A DNA stretch of 64,000 nt from Elusimicrobiota bacterium (lineage in GTDB: Bacteria > CAYTYR01 > UBA6262): the NCBI GenBank assembly GCA_003153935.1, contig PMCA01000034.1:561-64560 (forward strand), given 5' to 3'. The translations under genes were made by a program, and so were the position numbers. Positions 27,613 through 38,852 of the stretch are shown here, piece by piece. The first letter of the stretch is position 1; every line of letters begins with the position of its first letter. A model generated the notes under the pieces. That model did not search any database. It worked only from the letters and a program-made list of their open reading frames with translations, and was not told the DNA's origin.

Positions 27613-28278
27613 TTGATAGCCATTATAGATTACGGCATGGGAAATTTAAGAAGCGTGGCCAAGGCTCTGGAAAACCTGGGAGCGGAGATCAAGATAACTT
27701 CCAGTCCGAAAGTTATTACCAGTGCCCAGGGAGTTGTTTTGCCCGGAGTTGGCGCTATGCCCGATGCCATGAAAGCGCTGGTTAAGGAAAAATTAGTAAA
27801 ACCGATAGAAAAGGTGATCTCCGCCGATAAGCCTTTCCTGGGTATCTGCCTGGGTCTGCAATTATTGTTTGAGACAAGTAAAGAGGGCGGGGGTTCTAAA
27901 GGACTTGGTATTTTTGCAGGTTCTGTTCCTCGCTTTGTTTTCTCTAAACCACGAACGGCCAACGATGAACGATTAACGGCTCTTAAAGTGCCGCACATGG
28001 GATGGAACCAGATCAAGCAGACAGATAGCAGATGGCAGATGGCAGATAGCAGTAAAAACATCCTGTCGGGTATAGAAGATAATTCTTATGTATATTTTGT
28101 CCATTCGTATTACGCCAAACCCAAAGACCGGACCCTGGTCGCGACTACCACTGATTATGGGATAGAGTTTTGCTCGTCCATTGCCAGGGGTAATCTTTTC
28201 GCCTGCCAGTTTCACCCGGAGAAGAGCCAAAAGGTGGGCCTGCGCATTCTCAAGAACTTTGTCGCCCAATGTAAGTAG
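27613..28278 (+). CDS. hisH: Imidazole glycerol phosphate synthase glutaminase subunit, with two repeat-derived insertions
   Basis: IIDYGMGNL, LPGVG, GICLG, VPHMGWN, YFVHSY, QFHPEKS. Confidence 0.96.
   Translation: MIAIIDYGMGNLRSVAKALENLGAEIKITSSPKVITSAQGVVLPGVGAMPDAMKALVKEKLVKPIEKVISADKPFLGICLGLQLLFETSKEGGGSKGLGIFAGSVPRFVFSKPRTANDERLTALKVPHMGWNQIKQTDSRWQMADSSKNILSGIEDNSYVYFVHSYYAKPKDRTLVATTTDYGIEFCSSIARGNLFACQFHPEKSQKVGLRILKNFVAQCK
27947..27981. repeat. Heptamer tandem repeat inside hisH (aacgatg family)
   Basis: aaccacg-aacggcc-aacgatg-aacgatt-aacggct; aacgatg units are the reverse complement of the prmC array. Confidence 0.7.
28022..28049. repeat. Heptamer tandem repeat inside hisH (cagatgg family)
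   Basis: cagatag-cagatgg-cagatgg-cagatag; encodes DSRWQMADS. Confidence 0.85.
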
Positions 28279-28304
28279 TAACCTAAAACCGTTTAGGAGA
28301 TATC

Positions 28305-29042
28305 ATGATGATAATCCCAGCCATCGATTTGCGTGGCGGACAGTGCGTGAGACTGGTACAGGGTAAGTTGGAACAGGAAACCGTCTATTCCAAGGACCCG
28401 GTTTTCGTAGCGAAGCTTTTCCAGGCCAAGGGAGCGCAACGTCTGCATATAATTGATCTGGATGGCGCTTTTTCCGGCGTGGTCCAGAACCTGGAGATCA
28501 TTGAAAAGATCTGTAAAGAGATGACCATCCCCGTACAAGTTGGCGGAGGCATCCGTAAGATGGAAACTATCGACCGGGTCCTGGCTGCCGGGGTGAGCAA
28601 GGTTATCTTGGGGACCATAGCGATTACCGACGCTCCTTTGCTGGAAGAGGCATTAAAGAAATATCCCGGTAAGATAATCGTGGCCATAGATGCTAAGAAT
28701 GGCCTAGTCGCGATTGACGGTTGGAAAGACGAGACCCAGGTTAAAGCTTCTGACCTGGCGAAAAAGATGAAGGATAGTGGCGTCGGGGAGATACTTTATA
28801 CCGATATTATGCGTGACGGAATGATGGAGGGCCCCAACCTGCGCGGGATCAAGTCCCTGGCCAAGAGTTGCGGCATTCCCATTATAGCCGCCGGAGGTAT
28901 TTCCACCCTGCAGGATGTGGAGAAGATATACGCCCTGGAGAAAGACGGGGTGGAGGGAATGGTGATAGGTAAGGCTATCTATACGGAAGGTATTAAATTG
29001 GAAGAAGCGGTCAAGTTAGTGTCCGGCCAGGCAATAAATTAA
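28305..29042 (+). CDS. hisA: ProFAR isomerase
   Basis: IPAIDL, CVRLVQG, IDLDGA, QVGGGIR, YTDIMRDG. Confidence 0.96.
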   Translation: MMIIPAIDLRGGQCVRLVQGKLEQETVYSKDPVFVAKLFQAKGAQRLHIIDLDGAFSGVVQNLEIIEKICKEMTIPVQVGGGIRKMETIDRVLAAGVSKVILGTIAITDAPLLEEALKKYPGKIIVAIDAKNGLVAIDGWKDETQVKASDLAKKMKDSGVGEILYTDIMRDGMMEGPNLRGIKSLAKSCGIPIIAAGGISTLQDVEKIYALEKDGVEGMVIGKAIYTEGIKLEEAVKLVSGQAIN

Positions 29043-29065
29043 TACACTTAGAAGGGGAATAGTTA

Positions 29066-29482
29066 ATGGCTAAAAAGAAAAGCGGGATTTTACGTATTCT
29101 CTTTTTGATCATCCTTGGGGTTTTCGTGGTATATCTCTTAAACGGGTTCATGGATAATTTTTTTTCCCACCAGAAGTCAGTGATCATGAAATATTATAAA
29201 GTTATGCCAGGGGTATTGGCTTATTTCCTGGGCGGTCTTTTCATAGGTTATATTGCCAGTGAAAAGGGGATCCTGATGGGTTTGCTTGTGGGTTTGGCCT
29301 TTATTTTCTTCGGCGAGTACTCTAGTTTCACTCAGACACTGAAAGCTGGAGAAACGATCTTCAACAACTTTGATAAGGTACTGCCATTCATCAAAGATAG
29401 AAATTTTGATTACCTGCACTGGTTCCTGATGATCGTCTTCAGCACGCTGGGAGGCTATTTAGGGGAGCGGATGCATAGTTAG
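29066..29482 (+). CDS. Hypothetical membrane protein inside the his operon
   Basis: About four hydrophobic segments, Gly-rich GGLFIGY and LGGYLGE; SD aagggg. Confidence 0.7.
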   Translation: MAKKKSGILRILFLIILGVFVVYLLNGFMDNFFSHQKSVIMKYYKVMPGVLAYFLGGLFIGYIASEKGILMGLLVGLAFIFFGEYSSFTQTLKAGETIFNNFDKVLPFIKDRNFDYLHWFLMIVFSTLGGYLGERMHS

Positions 29483-29496
29483 CAGAAGAGGTTCAT

Positions 29497-30252
29497 ATGT
29501 TAGCCAAAAGAATAATCCCTTGCCTCGACGTCGATGCAGGACGCGTAGTCAAGGGTACAAAATTTATAAACATCCGCGACGCCGGCGACCCGGTGGAAGT
29601 AGCCAAGCGCTATGACGCCGAAGGGGCGGACGAGATCGTGTTCCTGGACATCACCGCCAGCTACCAGAAGCGCAACATCATGCTGGAAGTGGTCAGGAAA
29701 ACAGCGGAGCAGGTATTTATGCCGTTGACAGTAGGCGGGGGTGTAAGGAACGTCGAAGATATCCGCACCCTGTTAAAAAGCGGCGCCGACAAAGTTTCCA
29801 TGAATACGGCCGCGGTGGAAGATCCCCAGCTGGTCAAGGTATCCAGCGACCGTTTTGGCAGCCAATGCATCGTCGTAGCTATCGATGCTCAAAGAAAAGG
29901 CCGCGGCTGGCAGGTCTATACTCATGGGGGACGCACGCCGGTAGATCTGGACGCTGTGGATTGGGCCCGTACCGTGGAGAAATTGGGAGCGGGAGAGATC
30001 CTGCTGACCAGCATGGATTGTGATGGCACCAAGGACGGTTACGACCTGGAGCTGACCAAAGCGGTGAGCCGGGCTACGACCATTCCGGTGATCGCCTCCG
30101 GCGGCGCCGGCAAACTGGAGCATTTCTATGATGCATTTGCCGAAGGAGAAGCTGACGCGGCCCTGGCGGCCTCGTTGTTCCACTTTAAAGAATTAACGAT
30201 AAAACAAGTAAAGGAATATTTAAATAAAAGGAAAGTGACGGTAAGAATATGA
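29497..30252 (+). CDS. hisF: Imidazole glycerol phosphate synthase cyclase subunit
   Basis: [42 protein letters not shown]. Confidence 0.97.
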   Translation: MLAKRIIPCLDVDAGRVVKGTKFINIRDAGDPVEVAKRYDAEGADEIVFLDITASYQKRNIMLEVVRKTAEQVFMPLTVGGGVRNVEDIRTLLKSGADKVSMNTAAVEDPQLVKVSSDRFGSQCIVVAIDAQRKGRGWQVYTHGGRTPVDLDAVDWARTVEKLGAGEILLTSMDCDGTKDGYDLELTKAVSRATTIPVIASGGAGKLEHFYDAFAEGEADAALAASLFHFKELTIKQVKEYLNKRKVTVRI

Positions 30253-30644
30253 GCAATAGTATTTTAAAGGAAGTCAAGTTTGACGATAAGGGATTAGTGC
30301 CGGCGGTATTGCAGGACTACAAGACCGATGAGATCCTGATGCTGGCTTATATGGATAAAGAAGCGCTGATACGCACCTTGCGCGATAAAAAATGCTGGTA
30401 CTGGTCACGCTCTCGGCACAAATACTGGTTAAAGGGCGAGACCAGCGGCAATATCCAGAAGGTGAAGTCAATTTGCCTTGATTGCGACGGTGATGCGCTG
30501 GTGATAAAGATAGAGCAGGTAGGCGGTTCTGCTTGCCATACAGGCTACCGCAGCTGCTTTTACCGCACCCTGGAAAAAGGCCGGCTGAAAATTAGGGGCA
30601 AGAGGGTCTTCGACCCTGATAAAGTATACAAAAATATTAAGTAG
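30249..30644 (+). CDS. hisI: Phosphoribosyl-AMP cyclohydrolase (no HisE domain)
   Basis: [29 protein letters not shown]. Confidence 0.96.
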   Translation: MSNSILKEVKFDDKGLVPAVLQDYKTDEILMLAYMDKEALIRTLRDKKCWYWSRSRHKYWLKGETSGNIQKVKSICLDCDGDALVIKIEQVGGSACHTGYRSCFYRTLEKGRLKIRGKRVFDPDKVYKNIK

Positions 30645-30691
30645 CGGGTGGCGAAGGGTTGCCAGGACCCGCGCTAAAATGGAGTATATAA

Positions 30692-32182
30692 ATGTTTTAC
30701 CCAGATATTAAAGAATTTAAGAAACTGACGAAAACGTATAATTTGATACCGGTTTATAAAGAGATCCTGGCGGATATGGAGACGCCGGTGTCGGCGTTCC
30801 ATAAAATATCCAAAAAAGCCAAGTACGCCTACCTGCTCGAAAGTGTGGAGGGCGGGGAGAAATTGGGGCGCTATTCGTTCATCTCCGCGGATCCCTCAAT
30901 AGTTCTGGAAACCAAAGGCCATAGCGCCAAATTAATGCGCAAGGATACCACGGTTACCATTAACCTGATGGATAAGGATCCGCTGTATATCCTGCAGCAG
31001 CTGATGAAGGATTACCGGCCGGTGCATCATCGCGGCCTGCCGCGTTTCTACGGCGGTGCCGTTGGCTATATGGGCTACGATGTGGTCCGGTTCTTCGAGC
31101 CGAAACTGCGCGATACCGACGTTAATCCCGATGAGCTGAAGATACCGGATTGCGTTTACATGTTTACCGACACCATCCTGATCTTCGACCACGTCAAGCA
31201 CACGATCAAGGTGGTTTCCTGCGCGCACGTCAGCGGCAATGCCGCCAAGGTTTATAAAGAGGCCTGCGCCAAGATCGATGAATTGATAAACCTTCTGCGC
31301 CAGCCGGTTCGTATCCCTTCAAAACCTTACCGTAAGAAAGCTCCGCTTAAGATGCAGTCCAATTTCACCCCCGCCAATTTCAAGAAAATGATCCTGAAAG
31401 CCAAAGAACATATTAAAGCCGGGGATATTATCCAGGTAGTGCCATCGCAGAGGTTCAGCGTCAAGATAAATACGGACGCGTTCACCATTTACCGGGCTCT
31501 GCGGCGTATAAACCCGTCGAGTTACATGTATTTCCTGAAGTGCGATGATTTTAATATTGTCGGGACCTCGCCTGAGATCCTGGTGCGCAAGGAAGAAGAA
31601 CTGGTAGAGGTCAGGCCGATTGCCGGTACCCGGCCGCGCGGCAAAACCGACGAAGAGGATGATAAGTTGGCCAAAGAGTTGCTGGCCGATCCTAAAGAGA
31701 GAGCCGAGCATATCATGCTGGTGGACCTGGGGCGCAACGACGTCGGCCGGGTCTGCGATTATCATACGGTAAAGGTACCGGAGTTGATGGTGATAGAAAA
31801 ATATTCCCATGTCCAGCACATCGTCTCGGATGTGGTTGGTAAGATCAGCAAGGGTAAGGATTGTTTTGACGTGTTAAGGGCGTGTTTCCCGGCCGGGACT
31901 GTTTCCGGCGCGCCGAAGATACGGGCGATGGAGATAATAGACGAACTGGAACCGGTAAAGCGCGGCTTATACGCCGGCTGTATCGGTTATTTTTCTTTTA
32001 GCGGTAACCTGGACGCCTGCATTGCCATCAGAACAGCGGTGGTCAAGGACGGAAAAGCCTATGTGCAGGCCGGAGGCGGGATAGTGGCCGACAGCGTGCC
32101 GGAAACAGAATACCAGGAGACGATCAATAAAGCCAAAGCCATGGTTAAAGCGATTGAAATGGCCGAAGAGGGACTCGAATGA
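30692..32182 (+). CDS. trpE: Anthranilate synthase component I
   Basis: [53 protein letters not shown]. Confidence 0.96.
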   Translation: MFYPDIKEFKKLTKTYNLIPVYKEILADMETPVSAFHKISKKAKYAYLLESVEGGEKLGRYSFISADPSIVLETKGHSAKLMRKDTTVTINLMDKDPLYILQQLMKDYRPVHHRGLPRFYGGAVGYMGYDVVRFFEPKLRDTDVNPDELKIPDCVYMFTDTILIFDHVKHTIKVVSCAHVSGNAAKVYKEACAKIDELINLLRQPVRIPSKPYRKKAPLKMQSNFTPANFKKMILKAKEHIKAGDIIQVVPSQRFSVKINTDAFTIYRALRRINPSSYMYFLKCDDFNIVGTSPEILVRKEEELVEVRPIAGTRPRGKTDEEDDKLAKELLADPKERAEHIMLVDLGRNDVGRVCDYHTVKVPELMVIEKYSHVQHIVSDVVGKISKGKDCFDVLRACFPAGTVSGAPKIRAMEIIDELEPVKRGLYAGCIGYFSFSGNLDACIAIRTAVVKDGKAYVQAGGGIVADSVPETEYQETINKAKAMVKAIEMAEEGLE

Positions 32183-32742
32183 TACTAATGATCGATAATT
32201 ATGATTCGTTTACTTATAACCTGGTCCAATACCTGGGTGAGATGGGACAGAAACTGAAAGTGGTGCGGAATGACGAGATTTCCGCGGCCGATATTGCCAG
32301 GATAAAGCCAAACAAGATAGTTATTTCCCCTGGGCCGGGCTCACCAGAGGACGCTGGCATCTCCGTCGATGTGATAAGGGATTACGCCGGAAAAATACCC
32401 ATTTTAGGCGTGTGCCTGGGCCATCAGGCGATAGGTTATGCTTTTGGCGGCAAGATCATCCGGGCCAAGAACTTGATGCATGGCAAGACTTCCAAAATAT
32501 ACCATGACAAGAAGGGTATATTCAATGGTTTGAGCAATCCTTTTGAAGCCACGCGGTATCATTCATTGCTGGTGGAAAGAAAAAGCCTGCCAAAATGTTT
32601 ACAGGTCACGGCCGAAACTATAGAAAAAGAGATAATGGGCCTGCAACATAAAACCATGAAGGTATATGGCGTCCAGTTCCATCCTGAATCCATTTTGACC
32701 GCGGAAGGCAAAAAGATCCTGCATAATTTTATTAAGATGTAA
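32179..32742 (+). CDS. trpG: Anthranilate synthase component II
   Basis: [34 protein letters not shown]. Confidence 0.96.
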   Translation: MILMIDNYDSFTYNLVQYLGEMGQKLKVVRNDEISAADIARIKPNKIVISPGPGSPEDAGISVDVIRDYAGKIPILGVCLGHQAIGYAFGGKIIRAKNLMHGKTSKIYHDKKGIFNGLSNPFEATRYHSLLVERKSLPKCLQVTAETIEKEIMGLQHKTMKVYGVQFHPESILTAEGKKILHNFIKM

Positions 32743-32753
32743 TGGAGATGAAA

Positions 32754-32909
32754 ATGGTGGAAAAAAGTTTACTGGATATCATGGCCTGTCCCGACTGTAA
32801 AGGCGGGGTGATAGAAAAAGATAACAAAATTATCTGCCAGAATTGCGGCAAAAAATATCCTATCCGCGACGGTATCCCCGTCATGCTGGTGGAAGAAGCC
32901 GAGAAATAA
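32754..32909 (+). CDS. Trm112/YcaR-like zinc-finger protein (not in the ORF track)
   Basis: Manual translation [51 protein letters not shown]; alternative ATGs at 32742 and 32748. Confidence 0.85.
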   Translation: MVEKSLLDIMACPDCKGGVIEKDNKIICQNCGKKYPIRDGIPVMLVEEAEK

Positions 32910-32910
32910 A

Positions 32911-33996
32911 ATGATCAAAGAAGCGATCGGGAAAATAGTGGAGAAGAAGGACCTGACGGAGCAGGAAGCTATCGGTGTCATGGACGAGATCATGAACGGA
33001 CAGTCTACTGACGCCCAGATCGGCGCTTTTATGACTGCGTTGCGCATGAAGGGCGAAAGCGTAGACGAAATTACAGGCTGCGCCCGGGTGATGCGCGAAC
33101 ACGCCACGCCTATCAGGGCCAGCAATAACGGGGTTATTGACCTGGACCGGGATGACATAAATATAGACCGGGAAACGATAGTAGATACCTGCGGAACCGG
33201 CGGCGATAGGACCAATACTTTTAATATTTCAACCGCCAGCGCGTTCGTGGTGGCGGGAGCGGGTCTGAAGGTTGCCAAGCATGGCAATCGCTCGGTTTCC
33301 TCCCTGTGCGGCAGCGCTGATGTCATACAAACCCTGGGCGTGAACCTGGATATACCGCCGGAGATGGTGGAGAAATGCCTGAATGAGGTAGGCATTGGAT
33401 TTTTATTCGCGCAGTTGCTTCATGGCGCCATGAAATTCGCGGCAGGACCGCGTAAACAGATCGGCATTCGTTCCATATTCAATATTTTGGGCCCGCTGGC
33501 CAACCCGGCTCAAGCCACGGCGCAAGTTTTGGGAGTGTATAGCGGGCATTTATGCGAGATCATGGCTCAGGTCCTGGGGAATCTCGGAGTGAGCCGGGCC
33601 ATGGTCGTGCACGGTCTAGACGCTATTGATGAGATCTCCATTACCGGACCTACAATAGTGGCGGAACTTAAAGATAAGCAGGTTAAAACATACAATATAG
33701 CGCCGGAGCAATTCGGCTTTAAAGCCGCGACCTTGGCGGATATTGGCGGCGGTAACGCTCAGGAGAACGCGCAAATAATCATAAACATACTCAAAGGCGA
33801 GAAAGGACCGAAACGCGATATCGTATTACTTAACGCCGGCGCGGCTATTTATGTCGGGGGCAAGGCTATAGACCTGAAAGAGGGCGTAAAACTGGCAGCA
33901 GAAAGCATAGATTCAGGGCAGGCCTTAAAGAAGTTGGAATTATTAAAGGAATTCACTAATAGGGAGAATCATGAGCGTATTGCAAAAAATAGTTGA
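32911..33996 (+). CDS. trpD: Anthranilate phosphoribosyltransferase
   Basis: [34 protein letters not shown]. Confidence 0.96.
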   Translation: MIKEAIGKIVEKKDLTEQEAIGVMDEIMNGQSTDAQIGAFMTALRMKGESVDEITGCARVMREHATPIRASNNGVIDLDRDDINIDRETIVDTCGTGGDRTNTFNISTASAFVVAGAGLKVAKHGNRSVSSLCGSADVIQTLGVNLDIPPEMVEKCLNEVGIGFLFAQLLHGAMKFAAGPRKQIGIRSIFNILGPLANPAQATAQVLGVYSGHLCEIMAQVLGNLGVSRAMVVHGLDAIDEISITGPTIVAELKDKQVKTYNIAPEQFGFKAATLADIGGGNAQENAQIIINILKGEKGPKRDIVLLNAGAAIYVGGKAIDLKEGVKLAAESIDSGQALKKLELLKEFTNRENHERIAKNS

Positions 33997-34756
33997 ACAT
34001 AAGAAAAAACAGATCGCCTTGGCCAAACAGGAAGTGTCATTATGGGAACTGCAGGGGAAGTTGCTCGAAATGAAAACCCCGGCTAAGAATTTTAAGTCGT
34101 CCATCTCGGTGCCCAAAGATAAATTGCATGTCATCGCGGAGATAAAAAAGGCTTCTCCCAGCGCCGGGCTTATCATAGATAATTACAATCCCGCCCGGAT
34201 CGCCCGGCTCTACCAGACGCACAGGGTGAACGCTATTTCCGTCCTGACCGAGGAAAAATACTTCCAGGGGGACCTGTATCATATTTCCCTGGTCAAGCAA
34301 GTTACGACCCTGCCGGTCCTGCGGAAAGATTTCATTATTGACGAATACCAGATCTACGAGTCCCGGCTGGAAGGCGCGGACGCCATTTTGCTGATCGCCG
34401 GATTACTATTCAAAAGCGAGATACAGAAGTTTCTGGATATTGCCAAGGAGATCGGCCTGCAATGCCTGGTGGAAGTGCATAACGAGGCCGAATTGAACAA
34501 AGTGCTGGATACCTCCGCGGATATTATCGGGATCAATAACCGCAATCTTTCCACCCTTAAAGTGGACCTGAAAACTACGGTGGAATTAAGGCCGAAAGTG
34601 CCCCGGGATAAAGTGGTGGTCAGCGAGAGTGGAATAAGGTCAAAAGAGGACATAAAATTGTTGAAAGATTTGAAGGTAAATGCTATACTAATAGGACATT
34701 ATTTACTGGAGCAAAGGGATACCATGGGTAAGGCTCTCAAGGAGCTTTTAACCTAA
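33971..34756 (+). CDS. trpC: Indole-3-glycerol phosphate synthase
   Basis: [33 protein letters not shown]. Confidence 0.96.
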   Translation: MSVLQKIVEHKKKQIALAKQEVSLWELQGKLLEMKTPAKNFKSSISVPKDKLHVIAEIKKASPSAGLIIDNYNPARIARLYQTHRVNAISVLTEEKYFQGDLYHISLVKQVTTLPVLRKDFIIDEYQIYESRLEGADAILLIAGLLFKSEIQKFLDIAKEIGLQCLVEVHNEAELNKVLDTSADIIGINNRNLSTLKVDLKTTVELRPKVPRDKVVVSESGIRSKEDIKLLKDLKVNAILIGHYLLEQRDTMGKALKELLT

Positions 34757-34779
34757 TTTTAATGTCGGCAAAGGAGAAA

Positions 34780-36144
34780 ATGATGGACGAGAAAATCCTG
34801 TTGTCAGAGAACGAAATACCCAAAGCCTGGTACAACGTGGCCCCGGACCTGCCGGAGCCATTGGCCCCGCCGCTTAACCCCAAGACCGGCAAGCCTGCCG
34901 AAGCGGGTGATTTTACTCCTATTTTCCCGATGGAACTGATCAAACAGGAGATGTCCCAGGAACCATGGATAGAAATACCCAGCGAAGTCAGGGATATCTT
35001 GAAAATATGGCGTCCTACGCCTCTGGTACGCGCGGTGCGTCTGGAAAAAGCCCTGGGAACACCAGCCAGGATATATTATAAAAATGAAAGCGTCAGCCCG
35101 GCAGGCAGTCATAAGCCTAACACCGCCGTGGCGCAAGCCTATTACAACAAAAAAGAAGGGGTCAAGCGCTTATGTACCGAAACCGGCGCCGGGCAGTGGG
35201 GCAGCGCTTTATCGTTTGCCACTTGTCTGATGGACCTGAAATGCACGGTTTACATGGTCAGGGTGAGTTTCGACCAGAAACCATACCGTAAACTTATGAT
35301 GCAAACCTGGGGCGGGGAAGTTTTTGCCTCTCCTTCCGATAAAACTAATTCAGGGCGGGCGATGCTGAAAGAAGACCCGAATTCAGCCGGATCGCTGGGT
35401 ATGGCTATCAGCGAAGCAGTGGAAGACGCAGCTACCCATGATGATGCTAAATATGCCCTGGGCAGCGTGCTGAACCATGTAATATTGCACCAGACCGTAA
35501 TAGGCCTGGAAACCAGGGAACAACTTAAAAAGGCCGGAGAAAAAGCCGATGTGCTGATCGCCTGCGTAGGCGGTGGCAGTAACTTCGGCGGTTTTGTTTT
35601 CCCGTTCGTGCCGGATAAGAAAAAAGGGCAGAATATCAAGATGATCGCGGTTGAGCCCTATAGCTGCCCAACCCTGACTAAGGGACCTTTCACTTACGAT
35701 TTCGGCGATACGGTAGGTTTAACGCCTTTACTTAAAATGTACACGCTGGGTCATACTTTTATGCCGCCTTCGATCCACGCTGGCGGACTGCGCTATCACG
35801 GAGCTTCGCCGCTGGTCAGCCTGGCGGTTAAGACCGGACTGGTAGAAGCCAGAGCCGTGCACCAGAACCCATGTTTTGAGGCCGCTGTACAGTTTGCCCG
35901 TACCGAAGGCCTTATACCAGCGCCGGAATCATCCCACGCCATCAGGGTGGCTATCGATGAGGCCCTGTTATGTAAGAAGAACAATGAATCTAAATGCATA
36001 GTCTTCAACCTGAGCGGCCATGGTCATTTTGATATGGCCAGCTATGACAAGTATTTCGCCAAGAAGCTGGAAGATTACGAATATCCTGACGAGAAGGTCA
36101 AAGAAGCTTTAAAACACTTACCGAATTTATGTAAGGTAGAATAA
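34780..36144 (+). CDS. trpB2: Tryptophan synthase beta subunit, type 2 (TrpB2)
   Basis: [24 protein letters not shown] (PLP Lys), [24 protein letters not shown]; SD aaggag before 34780. Confidence 0.92.
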   Translation: MMDEKILLSENEIPKAWYNVAPDLPEPLAPPLNPKTGKPAEAGDFTPIFPMELIKQEMSQEPWIEIPSEVRDILKIWRPTPLVRAVRLEKALGTPARIYYKNESVSPAGSHKPNTAVAQAYYNKKEGVKRLCTETGAGQWGSALSFATCLMDLKCTVYMVRVSFDQKPYRKLMMQTWGGEVFASPSDKTNSGRAMLKEDPNSAGSLGMAISEAVEDAATHDDAKYALGSVLNHVILHQTVIGLETREQLKKAGEKADVLIACVGGGSNFGGFVFPFVPDKKKGQNIKMIAVEPYSCPTLTKGPFTYDFGDTVGLTPLLKMYTLGHTFMPPSIHAGGLRYHGASPLVSLAVKTGLVEARAVHQNPCFEAAVQFARTEGLIPAPESSHAIRVAIDEALLCKKNNESKCIVFNLSGHGHFDMASYDKYFAKKLEDYEYPDEKVKEALKHLPNLCKVE

Positions 36145-36780
36145 TTGGTTAAAATAAAAATTTGCGGTATAACCTGCGCGCAGGATGCGACCTGGGCGGT
36201 AAATTTAGGGGCGGATTTTATTGGATTAAACTTTTTTAAAGATAGTCCAAGAAAAGTTTCGCCCCAAAATGCAATGGAGATAATCCAGCAGCTGCCTCCC
36301 TTTGTGTCCGCGGCCGGAGTTTTCGTCAACGAGGAGCAGAAAGAGCTGGTCAAGATCGCCCGCAAGCTGGGGCTGAAGATGATCCAACTGCACGGTGACG
36401 AGAGTCCAGATTATTGCCGCCAGCTGAAGGAAGCCTTACCCGAGGCCAAGATCATCAAGGCTTTCCGCATCCAGGATGAGGCCAGCCTGGCCCCAATGTC
36501 ATCTTTCAGCGAAGCGGCCGACTATTTCCTGCTGGATGCCTATGTGCCGGAGATACCCGGTGGGACCGGCGTTACCTTTAACTGGGAACTGGCGGTAAAA
36601 GCTAAAGAGCTCGGGAAGCTGGTTTTCCTGTCCGGCGGACTAAACCCGGAAAACATCCAGGAAGCCATTGAGAAAGTCAAGCCGTTCGCGGTAGACGTTT
36701 GCAGCGGCATCGAGCGCTCGCCAAAACGCAAAGATTACGACAAGATGAAAGATTTTATTACGAAAGCGAAGCAGGTTTAA
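36145..36780 (+). CDS. trpF: Phosphoribosylanthranilate isomerase
   Basis: KIKICGIT, QLHGDE, GGTGVTFNW, LSGGLNPEN, VDVCSGIE. Confidence 0.96.
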   Translation: MVKIKICGITCAQDATWAVNLGADFIGLNFFKDSPRKVSPQNAMEIIQQLPPFVSAAGVFVNEEQKELVKIARKLGLKMIQLHGDESPDYCRQLKEALPEAKIIKAFRIQDEASLAPMSSFSEAADYFLLDAYVPEIPGGTGVTFNWELAVKAKELGKLVFLSGGLNPENIQEAIEKVKPFAVDVCSGIERSPKRKDYDKMKDFITKAKQV

Positions 36781-36783
36781 AAC

Positions 36784-37974
36784 ATGTTACCAGACAAGAA
36801 CGGATATTTTGGGATTTTCGGCGGCAAGTTCGTGCCGGAAACGCTGATGCCGGCCCTGGCCGAACTGGAAGAGACCTATAGCCGGGTAAAGAATGAAGCC
36901 CGGTTTAAAAAGGATTTGGCTTATTACCTGACAGAATATGCCGGCCGACCCACGCCTCTATATTTTGCCGCGAATCTCACGGCTCTATACGGCGGGGCTA
37001 AAATTTACCTGAAAAGGGAAGACCTCTGTCATACCGGCGCTCACAAGATAAACAATACCATCGGCCAGGCCTTAGTGACCCTGCGCATGGGTAAGAAAAG
37101 GATCATTGCCGAAACAGGGGCGGGCCAGCATGGCGTAGCGGTAGCGACGGTGGCCGCGCTCTTCAAGCTCTCCTGCGACGTGTATATGGGCGCGGAAGAC
37201 GTAGAGCGCCAGAAGCTCAACGTTTACCGCATGCAAAAGCTGGGTACCAGGGTGATACCTGTGACCAGCGGCACCCAAACCTTGAAAGACGCCATGAACG
37301 AAGCGTTGCGCGACTGGGTAACCAATGTGCGCACGACACACTATATGCTGGGTTCCTGCGCCGGACCGCATCCTTTCCCAATGATGGTCAGGGATTTCCA
37401 GGCGGTGATAGGCAAGGAAACCAGGAAGCAGATACTGCAAAAGGAAGGGCGCTTGCCTGATTACCTGCTGGCCTGCGTCAATGGCGGCAGTAACGCGATT
37501 GGCCTGTTCCACCCATTCTATAACGATGATAAAGTGAAATTTATTGGCGTGGAAGCCTCGGGCGCCGGGGTAAATACCAAAAATACCGCGGCGACCATGG
37601 CCAAAGGCCGCATCGGTATATTGCACGGTTCCAAATCCTATCTCCTGCAGGACCAAAACGGACAGGTCAGTCCGACTCATTCCATCGCCGCTGGATTGGA
37701 TTACCCGGGAGTAGGACCGGAGCATAGCTATTATAAATATACCGGCCGGGCCGAGTATGTCAGCGCGACCGACCAGGAAGCCCTGGCGGCATTTGATCTG
37801 CTGGCCAGGCAGGAAGGTATCCTACCGGCTCTGGAAAGCGCGCACGCTGTCGCTTATTTAAAGAAACTAGCCCCTAAATTAGCGAAAAATAAAATAATCG
37901 TGGTCTGTCTCTCGGGCCGCGGAGATAAAGATATGGAACAGATCAAGCATAGAGAAGGTCTAAAGAATACATGA
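36784..37974 (+). CDS. trpB: Tryptophan synthase beta subunit, type 1
   Basis: [50 protein letters not shown]. Confidence 0.97.
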   Translation: MLPDKNGYFGIFGGKFVPETLMPALAELEETYSRVKNEARFKKDLAYYLTEYAGRPTPLYFAANLTALYGGAKIYLKREDLCHTGAHKINNTIGQALVTLRMGKKRIIAETGAGQHGVAVATVAALFKLSCDVYMGAEDVERQKLNVYRMQKLGTRVIPVTSGTQTLKDAMNEALRDWVTNVRTTHYMLGSCAGPHPFPMMVRDFQAVIGKETRKQILQKEGRLPDYLLACVNGGSNAIGLFHPFYNDDKVKFIGVEASGAGVNTKNTAATMAKGRIGILHGSKSYLLQDQNGQVSPTHSIAAGLDYPGVGPEHSYYKYTGRAEYVSATDQEALAAFDLLARQEGILPALESAHAVAYLKKLAPKLAKNKIIVVCLSGRGDKDMEQIKHREGLKNT

Positions 37975-38753
37975 ACCGCATAGAAAAGAAATTTCAGGAA
38001 CTAAAAAAACTGAAGAAGCCGGCACTGATCACCTATATTTGCGCCGGTGACCCTAACCTGAAGACCACTTACGAGCTGGTCCTGGAGCTGGAGAGAAGCG
38101 GCGCGGATATTATCGAGTTAGGGGTGCCGTTCAGCGACCCGATCGCCGACGGGCCAACGATACAGCGGGCGGCTTTACGGGCGCTTAAGAAAAACACTTC
38201 TTTAAAAGATATAGTCTCACTGGTCGGGAAGCTCAGGAAAGAGAGCCAGATACCTATTCTCCTGATGACCTATGCCAATCCGGTCTATCAGTTTGGGGTA
38301 AAGAAACTGGCCGGATCATCACAGGGAAACGGGGTGGACGGGTATATAATACCCGACCTGCCGCCGGAAGCCGGGCGGGAGATCAGGCAGGAATTCAGGA
38401 AAGAGAACGTAGACCTGGTTTACTTGGCGTCGCCGTTGACCGACAAACGGCGGTTGAACATAATTAACCATAATTCTTCCGGATTCATTTACTACGTATC
38501 GGTGACCGGAGTGACCGGGACCAGAGTGAGCCTGCCCGGAGAGGTCAGCAACCAGGCCAGGTCTCTGCGCCGGCTGGCGGATAAACCGGTAGCGATAGGA
38601 TTCGGCGTATCCAACCACGTTCAGGTGAAGAAATTGGCGGCTGATTTTGACGGTGTTATTGTCGGCAGCGCCATAGTCAATATTATCGAACAGAACCTAG
38701 GTAAAAAAGACCTGGTGGAAAAAGTAGGGAAGTTTGTACGGAGTCTTAAATAA
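37971..38753 (+). CDS. trpA: Tryptophan synthase alpha subunit
   Basis: [39 protein letters not shown]. Confidence 0.96.
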   Translation: MNRIEKKFQELKKLKKPALITYICAGDPNLKTTYELVLELERSGADIIELGVPFSDPIADGPTIQRAALRALKKNTSLKDIVSLVGKLRKESQIPILLMTYANPVYQFGVKKLAGSSQGNGVDGYIIPDLPPEAGREIRQEFRKENVDLVYLASPLTDKRRLNIINHNSSGFIYYVSVTGVTGTRVSLPGEVSNQARSLRRLADKPVAIGFGVSNHVQVKKLAADFDGVIVGSAIVNIIEQNLGKKDLVEKVGKFVRSLK

Positions 38754-38760
38754 GAAAAGC

Positions 38761-38830
38761 AGTTTTAAGTTATAAGTTATTGTTTAAAAATTATATTTCA
38801 CCATAACTTAACACTTAACACTTATAACTT
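38761..38830. repeat. AT-rich inverted heptamer array, copy B
   Basis: agtttta-agttata-agttatt ... ataactt-aacactt-aacactt-ataactt; shares agttttaagttataagtt and taacttaacactt with 8107-8181. Confidence 0.8.
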
Positions 38831-38852
38831 GTCACTGTATTTTGAGGTGAAT

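Noticed and set aside
30645-30711. trp attenuator leader peptide or T-box
   Set aside because: The spacer is 47 nt; the only mini-ORF ([10 protein letters not shown]) has no Trp codon and there is no T-box or U-tailed terminator.
33130-33180. [13 protein letters not shown] insertion in TrpD as a novelty
   Set aside because: It has no repeat structure and, from memory, a similar insert occurs in other bacterial TrpD proteins; likely a lineage trait.
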